Below, in pieces: positions 16,749 to 25,855 of a DNA stretch of 64,000 nt. Location: IMG/VR virus record IMGVR_UViG_3300022902_000008. One strand, given 5' to 3'. Origin of the DNA: a virus. The notes beneath the pieces are model-generated. The model made no database searches. It was given only the letters and a program-made list of their open reading frames with translations, and was not told the origin of the DNA. The position numbers and the translations under genes were made by a program. How positions within the stretch are numbered: position 1 is the stretch's first letter; each line of letters begins with the position of its first letter.

Positions 16749-16891
16749 CAAATTTATTAAGTTATTGTGATGGCAGTTTATCTTTACTTGAGGTTGCTGA
16801 GAAAATTAATGTTCCAATGTGGCAACTTTTTGATGTTATCGATATTTTATTAAAAAATAAATTATTGAAAGTGGTTAACAAACAGAGTTGA
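16745..16891 (+). CDS. 48-aa winged-helix fragment resembling the C-terminus of DUF4910/DUF2172 aminopeptidase-like proteins (not in the ORF track)
   Basis: MTNLLSYCDGSLSLLEVAEKINVPMWQLFDVIDILLKNKLL; ATGA overlap with the upstream gene. Confidence 0.6.
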   Translation: MTNLLSYCDGSLSLLEVAEKINVPMWQLFDVIDILLKNKLLKVVNKQS

Positions 16892-16903
16892 TTGTGGTAT
16901 AAG
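16875..16903 (+). promoter_or_regulatory. Conserved phage promoter (probably leaderless)
   Basis: TTAACA-17-TATAAG; ATG 7 nt after the -10. Confidence 0.85.
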
Positions 16904-16910
16904 GGTATTC

Positions 16911-17234
16911 ATGAAAATGGAAAAAATACAACTTAGTGATCTTAGGGCTGCAAGCAAACCATATATATGTTGGCTTAAGATTGATAGGGAACTGGCTATA
17001 AATTTAGGTTGGCATTTTTATTATAATCATAATGGTCTAGTTACTATATATTGTGATTGTAATGAGCGATTAACAATTAAATTTCTGCATATGTTTAAAC
17101 AAATATCTTCTTATACTTATAGGTCAGGGATAGCATTTAATCGGATTAATTTAAATGACAATTTAAACATTAATAAGTTTTTTGATTATTGTTATAATAA
17201 CGATAGGTTATTTATTGTTAATAAGGGAGGTTAA
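16911..17234 (+). CDS. Divergent member of the beta-rich paralogue family
   Basis: ICWLKI...HNGLVTI. Confidence 0.65.
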   Translation: MKMEKIQLSDLRAASKPYICWLKIDRELAINLGWHFYYNHNGLVTIYCDCNERLTIKFLHMFKQISSYTYRSGIAFNRINLNDNLNINKFFDYCYNNDRLFIVNKGG

Positions 17235-17236
17235 AA

Positions 17237-17476
17237 ATGAAAGTATTGGAAAGCATGGTTTATGTTGGTAATCGTATTTTGTTTAGCATGGTATTGCTTA
17301 TGCTTATGTGTGTCTATGCATATCTTGCGCCATGGGGTATTGGGAATGTTGCAATGAATTTATTTGTGTTATGTGTTTCAGCATTTCTTTATGTTGTGGT
17401 TTGGGTTCCATATGCGAAGCTGAGCCTTCGTTATGAGCTTGTAAGAATTAAGAATAAGTATAGAAATGAGCAATAA
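17237..17476 (+). CDS. Small membrane protein (2 TM)
   Basis: Hydrophobic segments; SD GGAGG. Confidence 0.7.
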   Translation: MKVLESMVYVGNRILFSMVLLMLMCVYAYLAPWGIGNVAMNLFVLCVSAFLYVVVWVPYAKLSLRYELVRIKNKYRNEQ

Positions 17477-17756
17477 TAAAAACAATACGTTTAATGCTGG
17501 TGATGTTGTTTGTGTACAATTACCAAGTGATCCTAAAGAATGTGGTTGGACAAATGGAAAGTCTACTTATACTGGATATAATGGAATTGTTTTAATAATG
17601 GAAGAGTGTGACTTTACATACACTTCTTTTGATTATAAAATTAAAATACTTGGAACAAAAAAACAACGTGATCAGTTTTTTGTAAGAACCAATTGGATCA
17701 CACACAAATTAAGCAATGGAGGAAACAATGAGGTCAAATGGATTAAGTGTAAATGA
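17466..17756 (+). CDS. Small SH3/KOW-like paralogue
   Basis: FNAGDVVCV...YNGIVLI...YKIKIL. Confidence 0.75.
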   Translation: MSNNKNNTFNAGDVVCVQLPSDPKECGWTNGKSTYTGYNGIVLIMEECDFTYTSFDYKIKILGTKKQRDQFFVRTNWITHKLSNGGNNEVKWIKCK

Positions 17757-17955
17757 GTTATTCAATTTGATGCAGACTTTAAAATCTGCTGGTCATGGTG
17801 ATTGCGAGGTATTGATTCGTTCTATTGATGAGATTACATGCAATGTTTTTACAGATAAGTACACAATGTATATTTTGGGTGATAATAATTGTCTCTCTAA
17901 GATCGACCCAGAATCGACTGGCGAGAAGCCTAATGTCATTGTATTAGAATATTGA
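17728..17955 (+). CDS. Hypothetical phage protein
   Basis: SD GGAGG before ATG 17728. Confidence 0.65.
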   Translation: MRSNGLSVNELFNLMQTLKSAGHGDCEVLIRSIDEITCNVFTDKYTMYILGDNNCLSKIDPESTGEKPNVIVLEY

Positions 17956-17960
17956 CAGGA

Positions 17961-18030
17961 TTGATTGTGGGCTAAATTTGGTTTTATTGGTATTGATTTG
18001 GGGCTTTATATGTGCAATAAAAAAGTGATA
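17961..18030 (-). repeat. Inverted copy of the 5023-5091 element
   Basis: See 5023-5091. Confidence 0.8.
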
Positions 18031-18131
18031 AAAATAAAGGCTGGACAATGGCATAACTTAGGTTTAAAAGAGGGGAAGAAATATCTTATATGGTTGGTTG
18101 TTAATGGTGATCTTAATAATAAAGAGTTAAA

Positions 18132-18425
18132 TTGATGGACAATAAATATAAAGTAGGTGATGTTATATTTTGCAAAGCATATTATTATAATTATAGAAAA
18201 GATGTTTATTATAATAAAAAAGATATTGATAATAAATATTACTATATGGCTGATGATGCAGGTGATATTTATTATTATGGTGTTGGCATAATAGCTGGTT
18301 ATAGAACTAGTGGTATGTATCATGATCATGATGCTATATATTTAGTTAATGGCATTGCCAGTGGTATTAATAATTATGATCATGATTCAATGGTGGTTCG
18401 AGAGAGGGATATAATGCAAGGTTGA
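18132..18425 (+). CDS. Small SH3/KOW-like paralogue
   Basis: KYKVGDVIFCK...YYGVGII. Confidence 0.75.
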   Translation: MMDNKYKVGDVIFCKAYYYNYRKDVYYNKKDIDNKYYYMADDAGDIYYYGVGIIAGYRTSGMYHDHDAIYLVNGIASGINNYDHDSMVVRERDIMQG

Positions 18426-18481
18426 TTTTTGCAGAGCTTTGGATTTTCTAGAAAATAATATTAAATAATTTTCAAAAGTGG

Positions 18482-18510
18482 TTAACAAACAGGAGTGATT
18501 ATGGTATAAG
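18482..18510 (+). promoter_or_regulatory. Conserved phage promoter
   Basis: TTAACA-17-TATAAG, TGn. Confidence 0.85.
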
Positions 18511-18552
18511 GGTTTTGTTGACAAGTTATAACTTTTAAAGGGGAGGCAAAAA

Positions 18553-19635
18553 ATGTCAAAGAAAATTCTTGTTAAAGAGACAAAAAAGATTCTTGCTGAC
18601 ATGGTAACAAAAGATATTAATAAATACATTCGAATTGCTTATAAAGCGAGAGACATTTTAAATGATAAGGTTCGTGATTGTTGTGAGAGATCTATTAATC
18701 ATACTAACACAATTGATATTGATTGGAATCGTTTTATTTCTAATATGTATTCCGGAATGCATATCAGTAATAAAAACACATCAAAAGACATAAGTTGGCT
18801 TCGTAAACAAAATAACTTTAATGATTCAGTTGATAGTTTTATGTGTAATGATAAGTTTAAAGCCAACGTAAATTATTTTGAAACAAGGGTTAATGCGTCA
18901 AAGTTACACAAAGAACACAAACAATTAGATGTTGATGGCAATGATTGTACTGTTTCTATTTTTACTTTTGATATTTACAGTGAAGATTTAAAGTCTCGTC
19001 GATCATTTTCAGACTTACTGTCTGACAGTTGTTATTTGTCTGACAATTATTTTTGTCGCATTGAATTTGTTGTGGTTTATAACAAAGAACAAACAGAGAT
19101 TAAGTATATTTATGTTTGCGATAATAATTATGGCAACATTACTTATCATAATTATGGTGATTTTATTAATAATACTTATATGCCTATTGATAATGTTGTT
19201 TCTACTGCTGAGGATTGTTTTTATTATAGGTATGATTTAAGCAACAATACTGAGAAAGTTAATAATGAGAATGATATTGCAAATACTTTTTATGTATCAT
19301 TTCTTGAGCGCAAGCTTAATAGGTTTAACAATTGTATTTGCGAATATGGAAATGAAGTTAAAAAGTCTAAAGCTTCTGTTGTTGATATGCAGAAAAAGGA
19401 GGCTGACAATTATAATTTGATTAACATCATTAAGGGTGTGATTGGTAAAGAAAAGTTTGATTTAATCAAAAAGGTTTCAACTGTTTGTTCTGCCAAAGGC
19501 TCTAATGTTTCAATTAATGATATTGTTAGTTTGGGTAAGTTGTTCTGTAGCACCAATGAAAATAAGAGTAATAAAAGGGAAGATGGAGTAATTTACTTTA
19601 ATGGTATGCCTTGCAACTATCCGCCTTATAAATAA
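18553..19635 (+). CDS. Hypothetical protein
   Basis: 360-aa ORF, SD GGGAGG, own promoter. Confidence 0.8.
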   Translation: MSKKILVKETKKILADMVTKDINKYIRIAYKARDILNDKVRDCCERSINHTNTIDIDWNRFISNMYSGMHISNKNTSKDISWLRKQNNFNDSVDSFMCNDKFKANVNYFETRVNASKLHKEHKQLDVDGNDCTVSIFTFDIYSEDLKSRRSFSDLLSDSCYLSDNYFCRIEFVVVYNKEQTEIKYIYVCDNNYGNITYHNYGDFINNTYMPIDNVVSTAEDCFYYRYDLSNNTEKVNNENDIANTFYVSFLERKLNRFNNCICEYGNEVKKSKASVVDMQKKEADNYNLINIIKGVIGKEKFDLIKKVSTVCSAKGSNVSINDIVSLGKLFCSTNENKSNKREDGVIYFNGMPCNYPPYK

Positions 19636-19669
19636 TTGACAAACTAGTTTTTTAAAAAAGGAGGTTATC

Positions 19670-19897
19670 ATGTCTTCTAATTCTTATTCTAAGGTTTATA
19701 TTCCTATAAAAATTGGTCGTTCTAGTTATTGCTATGGTTGTGACGTTGATTATTATAACCAGAATGAGATTAATGTGGCAGATCGTATTTCTATTGTTCT
19801 CCAAGTTGAGGGTATTCTTAATGTTAAAAATATTATTAATTGGCATGTACACATGAACAATATTAAAAATGATGTTAATAGAAAGGTTAAAGGGTAA
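19670..19897 (+). CDS. Hypothetical protein
   Basis: SD AGGAGG. Confidence 0.65.
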   Translation: MSSNSYSKVYIPIKIGRSSYCYGCDVDYYNQNEINVADRISIVLQVEGILNVKNIINWHVHMNNIKNDVNRKVKG

Positions 19898-19905
19898 AGG
19901 TTTCA

Positions 19906-20151
19906 ATGATATGTCCTATTAATCCTGGTGTTTATTTTTTGAGACAAAGCCAAACAAGTGACTTTTTAAACATTAATGATATTCTTCCTTTGTCAATTAA
20001 ATATAAGGACTATTCAGGTTTAGTTTTTATTAAAGGTTTTGTTTGTAATGCTAAGAAGGGCCGAGTAGTTTTTAAGGTTAAGGTTTTGGGTTATGATAGG
20101 TCATGTTATCTGAGATGTTTTATTGGTAATTTAATAAAGGTTGAGTGTTAA
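19906..20151 (+). CDS. Divergent SH3/KOW-like paralogue
   Basis: PGVYFL...YSGLVFI...FKVKVLG. Confidence 0.6.
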   Translation: MICPINPGVYFLRQSQTSDFLNINDILPLSIKYKDYSGLVFIKGFVCNAKKGRVVFKVKVLGYDRSCYLRCFIGNLIKVEC

Positions 20152-20421
20152 ATGAGTTATTCTGATCAGTTTTATATGGGAAGAGGCTTTTATTGGATTG
20201 ATGGGCTATCAATATATAATTCAGATATTGGGTATCCAATTAGATATTATGGCTTGGCTTTAATTAATGATTTTTTTCAAAACACAAAAGGACAAAATTT
20301 TGTTAAGTTTCATGTTTTAATGGGTGGCGCAATAAAGAAGAGAGAGTTTTATTATCAGGTTTGGGGTGATGATTTTAAAAAAATAAAGTTTATTGAAAAA
20401 ACAGGAGGGCAAGATGAATGA
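20152..20421 (+). CDS. Divergent SH3/KOW-like paralogue
   Basis: GFYWI...YYGLALI. Confidence 0.6.
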   Translation: MSYSDQFYMGRGFYWIDGLSIYNSDIGYPIRYYGLALINDFFQNTKGQNFVKFHVLMGGAIKKREFYYQVWGDDFKKIKFIEKTGGQDE

Positions 20422-20809
20422 GTTTAGTGAAGGTAGTGATTTGATAACCTTAAAAGAGGCAAAGGTTATTTTAGCTAAAATTTTCTTAGGAATTATTGTG
20501 TTAGTTTTTATTGTTGGTGCTATTGGTGTTGGTTATAAATATGTATTCGCTCCGATTGACAAGAAGATTGAGCGAAAGGTAGCTGTTGAGTCTCATCAAT
20601 ATCAAGAATCAGCACAAAATGCATTGGTACAACTTGCGGAACAATATAGACGCCTTGAAGTTGACGTGGCAAAAAATATAAATAATCAAGTTGTGGTTGA
20701 TGCATTAAATAGTCAGATGTCTGCTATTAAAAGTCAAATGAGACTTAAGGTTAAAAATGTTCCTGGTGATATGGTTCCAATTGGAGTTCGTTCTATTATT
20801 AATAATTAA
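20414..20809 (+). CDS. Membrane-anchored coiled-coil protein
   Basis: Single TM segment followed by a helical domain; SD GGAGG. Confidence 0.75.
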   Translation: MNEFSEGSDLITLKEAKVILAKIFLGIIVLVFIVGAIGVGYKYVFAPIDKKIERKVAVESHQYQESAQNALVQLAEQYRRLEVDVAKNINNQVVVDALNSQMSAIKSQMRLKVKNVPGDMVPIGVRSIINN

Positions 20810-20822
20810 TTTTCAAAACTGG

Positions 20823-20851
20823 TTAACAAATGTGATAGTTTGTGGTATAAG
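20823..20851 (+). promoter_or_regulatory. Conserved phage promoter
   Basis: TTAACA-17-TATAAG, TGn. Confidence 0.85.
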
Positions 20852-20906
20852 GGTCTTGTTGATAACGGGAGATAATATTTTTAAACAAAAAAATGGAGGT
20901 TTTGTT

Positions 20907-21491
20907 ATGAGAAGGTTTTTTGTATATTTTATGGTTGTTGTCTTTGTTATGGTTGGCATGGTTGGCTGCAAAGACTTTAATAATAATTCTAATAATAAAG
21001 AAAACGAAGCTGTTGAACAGCAACAGGCTCATTATCTTGCTGCACAACCAATTCCATTTTTTGAATGGAGTTTTGAAAGAGATCTTGTGGTTAAGTTATA
21101 TGAGTTAAGGAATAAAAAGGTTGCAACATATTCTGTTTGGAGGTCTTTAAGTGGTGTGATTGAAGATCATTGCCCAAGTATTGGGTTTGGAATTCCTTAT
21201 GATACTTCACTTACTAATCCACTTACTGCTACTAATATGGCTGATAATGGTCAGCGACGAGGCCGGGGAGCACTTACTTCAGTTGGCAAGGCTGAGCCTA
21301 ATGGAATATATCAGTCTCAGAATACTAATGCTACATGGGTGATGTGTGTTGGTGATGATGGTAATATTGAGCCAGTTTATGTGGAAAGCAAGGTGACTAC
21401 ATATCCTTATATGGTAACGGTAGACATGGATAAAAACAGAGTTAAACGTATTGGAAAGTCAAGTGTTGTTTTTTCTTTAAATGAAAAATAA
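20907..21491 (+). CDS. Lipoprotein
   Basis: MRR-hydrophobic-MVGC lipobox; AEPNGIY...ATWVMC...PVYVES. Confidence 0.8.
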   Translation: MRRFFVYFMVVVFVMVGMVGCKDFNNNSNNKENEAVEQQQAHYLAAQPIPFFEWSFERDLVVKLYELRNKKVATYSVWRSLSGVIEDHCPSIGFGIPYDTSLTNPLTATNMADNGQRRGRGALTSVGKAEPNGIYQSQNTNATWVMCVGDDGNIEPVYVESKVTTYPYMVTVDMDKNRVKRIGKSSVVFSLNEK

Positions 21492-21510
21492 AGTTAATTT
21501 CAAAAAGTGG

Positions 21511-21539
21511 TTAACAAACGGACTTGTTTATGGTATAAG
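21511..21539 (+). promoter_or_regulatory. Conserved phage promoter
   Basis: TTAACA-17-TATAAG, TGn. Confidence 0.85.
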
Positions 21540-21600
21540 GGTCTTGTTGACAGGTTGATTGATTGTTTTAATTGTTTTAATTGATGAAATGGAGGTTAGC

Positions 21601-21993
21601 ATGTTTAATTTTGGTGGAAATGATGTTCTTGGTCTTACGGATATGGCTGAGCTTCTTGGTGAGGCTGGCGTAACAATGGATGATGTTGCTCGTCGTTATG
21701 CCGAGAAGCGCCCTGGTTGGGATAATTATGATAGGGCGGTTGTTACTATTAGTGGAATTGCTATGATGCTTGGTCTTGAGGGTAATCTTGGTTTTGCTCT
21801 GGGAGTTCTTGAGACTGCATATGTGGAGCAGGAGAAGCGAAACGTTGTTGACGATGTTATTGCTACTCGTCAGGCCGATCTTCTTGCCCGTCGTGATGAA
21901 ATTGATGCAGAGCTTAGTGAGCTTGAGAATGATGAAGTAATTCGGGATCTGAATGCTGATTCTTGTCCTTGTCCTCATTGTGGTGGTTGTTAA
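21601..21993 (+). CDS. Acidic hypothetical protein with C-terminal CxCxxC
   Basis: SD GGAGG; higher-GC codon usage. Confidence 0.75.
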   Translation: MFNFGGNDVLGLTDMAELLGEAGVTMDDVARRYAEKRPGWDNYDRAVVTISGIAMMLGLEGNLGFALGVLETAYVEQEKRNVVDDVIATRQADLLARRDEIDAELSELENDEVIRDLNADSCPCPHCGGC

Positions 21994-22048
21994 TTTTAAG
22001 AGAGTGTGGTGTAGGTGTTTTGGTGTTGATAACAAGGAGGTAGTTAAA

Positions 22049-22459
22049 ATGAACCTTCCCTTGTCGTTGTCTAATAAGGATCGTTCTTATATGGAAATGG
22101 CGATACAAGAAGCATTTAATGCAGACCGATTTTTTCGGGCTAGACATGGTGCTGTTCTTATTAAGGGAGGTTCGTTAATTTCAAGGGGATATAATAAAAA
22201 CTCTCATTGCTCTTTTGGTGGTCGATTTCGTAATTTGTTTGTAAAGGGTGAGCCAACACTTCATGCAGAGCTTGCTTGTGTACTTGGCATTTCTAGGGGT
22301 AAAACAAGCGGTGCTACTATTTATGTTGTTAGGCTCGACAAGGACGATCATCTTCGTATGAGCAAGCCTTGTCCTATGTGTATGGCGGCTCTTAGGTTTG
22401 TTGGTGTAAATAAGGTTGTTTTTACGACGAATGATGGTGTGGATATTATTAGGATTTAG
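22049..22459 (+). CDS. Cytidine/dCMP deaminase-family protein
   Basis: HGAVL, HAE, SKPCPMC zinc motifs. Confidence 0.9.
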   Translation: MNLPLSLSNKDRSYMEMAIQEAFNADRFFRARHGAVLIKGGSLISRGYNKNSHCSFGGRFRNLFVKGEPTLHAELACVLGISRGKTSGATIYVVRLDKDDHLRMSKPCPMCMAALRFVGVNKVVFTTNDGVDIIRI

Positions 22460-22472
22460 GGTTTATAATATA

Positions 22473-22697
22473 ATGGGCAAAAACAAGAAAAAAAGAAAAA
22501 AAGGTAACAAGAAAATGAAAGGCAACAAGAAAGACAATGCTTATATGAATTACAAAAAGATCATGCGTGATCAAATGGTTAACGATGGTTTTTTTGATGG
22601 TCGTTTTAAAGAGAGGAGTGTTCCAAACAAAAAGAAGAAGGCATATGACAAGAAGGGACAGAGAAAGTGGGATTGGAGAAAAGAAGTTGATTGTTGA
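22473..22697 (+). CDS. Small basic protein, possibly ArfA-like
   Basis: DGRFKERSVPNKKKKAY. Confidence 0.5.
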   Translation: MGKNKKKRKKGNKKMKGNKKDNAYMNYKKIMRDQMVNDGFFDGRFKERSVPNKKKKAYDKKGQRKWDWRKEVDC

Positions 22698-23196
22698 TAA
22701 GAAAACATACCTCACGTCAGATTTTCATTTTGGCCATGAGAACATTATAAAGTTTTGCAATAGGCCATTTAAAAATCGACATCAAATGGACTCAGCTATG
22801 ATTGACAATTACAATTCAATAGTTGCTGATGATGATATTGTTTTCATTCTTGGTGATTTTTCTATGTCAAATAATAGAGAGGTCATTTCTTCTTATTGCA
22901 ATAAACTTAAGGGACAAAAACATTTAATACTTGGCAATCATGATAGGATGAGGCCTTTTGCATATGTTGACTGTGGCTTTGCATCTGTTCATACATCTTA
23001 TGTTTTAGAAAAATATAATTTATTTATGGTTCATGATCCTGCTGTTTGTGTTGTTGGTAAACAGATGGGATACAATTGTGTTTGTGGTCATATCCATAAT
23101 TTATTTAAGTTTCATAATGGTGTTCTTAATGTTGGCGTTGATGTTAGTGATTTTAAACCGATATCAATTGACAAGGTAATGGAACATTATGTTTGA
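22687..23196 (+). CDS. Calcineurin-like metallophosphoesterase
   Basis: SDFHFGH, LGDF, GNHD, GHIH, NVGVD. Confidence 0.9.
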   Translation: MIVDKKTYLTSDFHFGHENIIKFCNRPFKNRHQMDSAMIDNYNSIVADDDIVFILGDFSMSNNREVISSYCNKLKGQKHLILGNHDRMRPFAYVDCGFASVHTSYVLEKYNLFMVHDPAVCVVGKQMGYNCVCGHIHNLFKFHNGVLNVGVDVSDFKPISIDKVMEHYV

Positions 23197-23473
23197 TGTT
23201 GGAGATGTAGTTTGGATTGGTGAGGCTAATGTAGTAAAAAGTCATTTAATGAACTTATATATTGCCAACAAAGTTAAAGATAAGTTTGGTATTGTTGTTG
23301 GCTTTAATGGCTCGTTTAATAAAAATAATGCAGATGTTTATGTCAAAGTTAAAATTAATTATAATGCAAAAAGAGATTCTTGGAATTTTATAGGAATAGA
23401 AGACAATACATCTATTGTGTTTCTTTTTGATCATGATTGTGATTGTTTATCATTGGTAAAGAAAAATGGCTGA
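23189..23473 (+). CDS. Small SH3/KOW-like paralogue
   Basis: FDVGDVVWI...KFGIVV. Confidence 0.7.
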   Translation: MFDVGDVVWIGEANVVKSHLMNLYIANKVKDKFGIVVGFNGSFNKNNADVYVKVKINYNAKRDSWNFIGIEDNTSIVFLFDHDCDCLSLVKKNG

Positions 23474-23783
23474 TAAAAATAAAAAACTTAACATAGTTCC
23501 AAACTATAAAATTGGTGATGTTGTGTGGGTTAAGTGTGCCCTTGAAGAATCTAATTATTATGAAATTTATTTATATAATAATAATATTGATCAATATAAA
23601 AATGATTTTAATGAGAATTCATTTGTTGGTGTTGCAATTATTAATTATGTTGAATTATATTTAGGCGCTGACAAATATGATTTTGAAAGTCCAGAATTAA
23701 ACTTTATTACATATGAAGTTTATTTATCTAACGGGGTGTTCCACTCCATATCGGAACATGAGATATTATATAAAATAGGATAA
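23466..23783 (+). CDS. Small SH3/KOW-like paralogue
   Basis: YKIGDVVWVK...FVGVAII...ISEHEILYKI. Confidence 0.75.
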   Translation: MADKNKKLNIVPNYKIGDVVWVKCALEESNYYEIYLYNNNIDQYKNDFNENSFVGVAIINYVELYLGADKYDFESPELNFITYEVYLSNGVFHSISEHEILYKIG

Positions 23784-23786
23784 CAA

Positions 23787-24449
23787 ATGGTTATTAACAA
23801 TAAAGGTAAGTGTAAAAAGTTAAGTTTATATCAGAGGATAAAGATTATTAATTATAATCAATCTGCGTTCTTTTATATGTTTATACTTAATTTTATATTG
23901 TTTAATATTTTTGCTTTGTTTTTTTTGGCATTTAATGTTTATTCTTGTGGTTTTATTGTTATTTCATATTCAATATCATCTGTATTATATTTATTGTTTG
24001 ATTTTTTTAAATTTCATTCTATTGATAACATTATAAGAAATTGGAATAATTATTTTTCAATTGAAGATAATAATTTATTTTTTGTATCATTTAAGATGGA
24101 GCCATTTATGTTTGATGTTGATTATATTGCTAAAAAATATTTTAAAGATAGTGGTCCTTATCATTTTTCTTGTCGATTAAATGCGTATGATTATTTAGAT
24201 AATAATGTTAAAAATAGACAATATAATGGGCTGATTAAGATTGATTTTAAAAACTCTAAATTATATAGTAATAATGACATTGTGTTTTTTAGTGAAAGTA
24301 AGAAAGGTTTTAACGGAATTAATAATAGGTTTATTGATGATATGTTTTTAGAGTTATCTTTTTATGTTTTTACTGATAATAAAATGTTGTATTTAAATCA
24401 TTTTGTAGGTAGTTTTGATAAATTTTATATAGTAGAAAATCATGATTAA
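23787..24449 (+). CDS. Membrane protein (2 TM plus soluble domain)
   Basis: Hydrophobic N-terminal half. Confidence 0.7.
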   Translation: MVINNKGKCKKLSLYQRIKIINYNQSAFFYMFILNFILFNIFALFFLAFNVYSCGFIVISYSISSVLYLLFDFFKFHSIDNIIRNWNNYFSIEDNNLFFVSFKMEPFMFDVDYIAKKYFKDSGPYHFSCRLNAYDYLDNNVKNRQYNGLIKIDFKNSKLYSNNDIVFFSESKKGFNGINNRFIDDMFLELSFYVFTDNKMLYLNHFVGSFDKFYIVENHD

Positions 24450-25098
24450 TTTTTTTAAACAATTTAAGCTTGATTTTAAAAAGTTAAGTTATATTTATAA
24501 AATGTTGTTTTGTTCTATTTATGGAAATGATGCTTATTTTGTTGTATTTGCTTTACCTGCTATTTGTCTTGTGTTGTCTGCTGTTTGTTTAAGCATAAGC
24601 AGTCTCCCTTCCCTTTATTATCTAATGGTTATTTTTTGTTGCATTTTTATGTTTGTGTGTGTTATATTTTCTATTGTTTGTAGAGTACTTGATGATAAAT
24701 ATATATCTGAAATATTTGATAATTTAGTTTATTTGGAAAGTGGTAAAATTTATTGGGTTGATAACTTTTGTTATAATAAAATAGACTTTATTGATAGTAA
24801 TAAAAATAAATTTATTAATAATTTTTTTGGTATTGTTAAAGTTTGTTATATTGGCGAATGTTCATACTCTTTTGAGAGATGTAGTCATGATAATTTTTTC
24901 ATATTAAAAGATCGATATCGTTTAAATGGTAATAAATATATTAAAGGATTTAATAGGTATTATGAGTTGGTTCTTAGATTAAGTGGGAATAATAATGAAG
25001 ATATAAAGCTTGGTTTTTCTGGATCTTCTTTTCTTGAGCGAACTGATTATAGTTTTGATGGTATAAAAGAAATTAATATGGAGGAGACAAATGGCTAG
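24442..25098 (+). CDS. Membrane protein (2 TM plus beta-rich family-like domain)
   Basis: TM pair followed by ESGKIYWV...FFGIVKV. Confidence 0.7.
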   Translation: MINFFKQFKLDFKKLSYIYKMLFCSIYGNDAYFVVFALPAICLVLSAVCLSISSLPSLYYLMVIFCCIFMFVCVIFSIVCRVLDDKYISEIFDNLVYLESGKIYWVDNFCYNKIDFIDSNKNKFINNFFGIVKVCYIGECSYSFERCSHDNFFILKDRYRLNGNKYIKGFNRYYELVLRLSGNNNEDIKLGFSGSSFLERTDYSFDGIKEINMEETNG

Positions 25099-25855
25099 TT
25101 ATGATTCACATTATTATTTTTGTGCTTGTATGTGCAAAGAGCTAGGTTTATCTGAGAAAGCAATAAAAAATGTTGCTTGGGCAAATCAGGCAATTGATGA
25201 AATGACTCCAAGAAAATTGCAACAGCATATTGGTTCGTCTGCGAAGAAAATGGTTTCGACACAGTGTTATGATTTTGATTGGTGGAAGAGTTCTGATTAT
25301 CCTGATCCAAGAACAATAATTTGGAAGAAGTTTCATTTTCCTGATATTATTACATGTCATATAAAAGATATTTGTAAGCTTATTTCTGATGATCGAATGA
25401 ATATCGATCATGATTTATATAATCAGTTATTGTTGGGCAGGTATTTTCATACATATATGGATAGTTTTACTCATCAAGGATTTTTACCTTATTGTTCTGA
25501 CAAGAATAAAAATAATTTGAAGGGTAGACCATGGAAAGAATTTTGGAAGAAAGTCCCACCTTCAATTGGTCATGCTGAGTTTGGAAATGAGCCAGATGAA
25601 ATAGATATGGTATGGTATAATCAACTTGGTGATGTTGTCGATAATAAGAAAAGGTGGATTCAAATAGTTCAAACTGCAAGAGAACATTTAATGAAGTTTT
25701 TTCCTGATTGTATTGATTTGATTGTTGGCTATTATGATAAGGGTTCTAGGGTCAAGGCGATGAAAGAATATTCTGGAATTGGGGAGTCTTGGAAATGGAG
25801 TGATAAAAAAATAATGGTAATGCAGAATATTGTTAAGAGGGAGTTTTTTGGATAA
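25091..25855 (+). CDS. DUF6765-like putative Zn-dependent (phospholipase C-fold) hydrolase
   Basis: SHYY...ANQAID...FHF...LGRYFHTYMDSFTHQGF...IGHA. Confidence 0.6.
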   Translation: MASYDSHYYFCACMCKELGLSEKAIKNVAWANQAIDEMTPRKLQQHIGSSAKKMVSTQCYDFDWWKSSDYPDPRTIIWKKFHFPDIITCHIKDICKLISDDRMNIDHDLYNQLLLGRYFHTYMDSFTHQGFLPYCSDKNKNNLKGRPWKEFWKKVPPSIGHAEFGNEPDEIDMVWYNQLGDVVDNKKRWIQIVQTAREHLMKFFPDCIDLIVGYYDKGSRVKAMKEYSGIGESWKWSDKKIMVMQNIVKREFFG

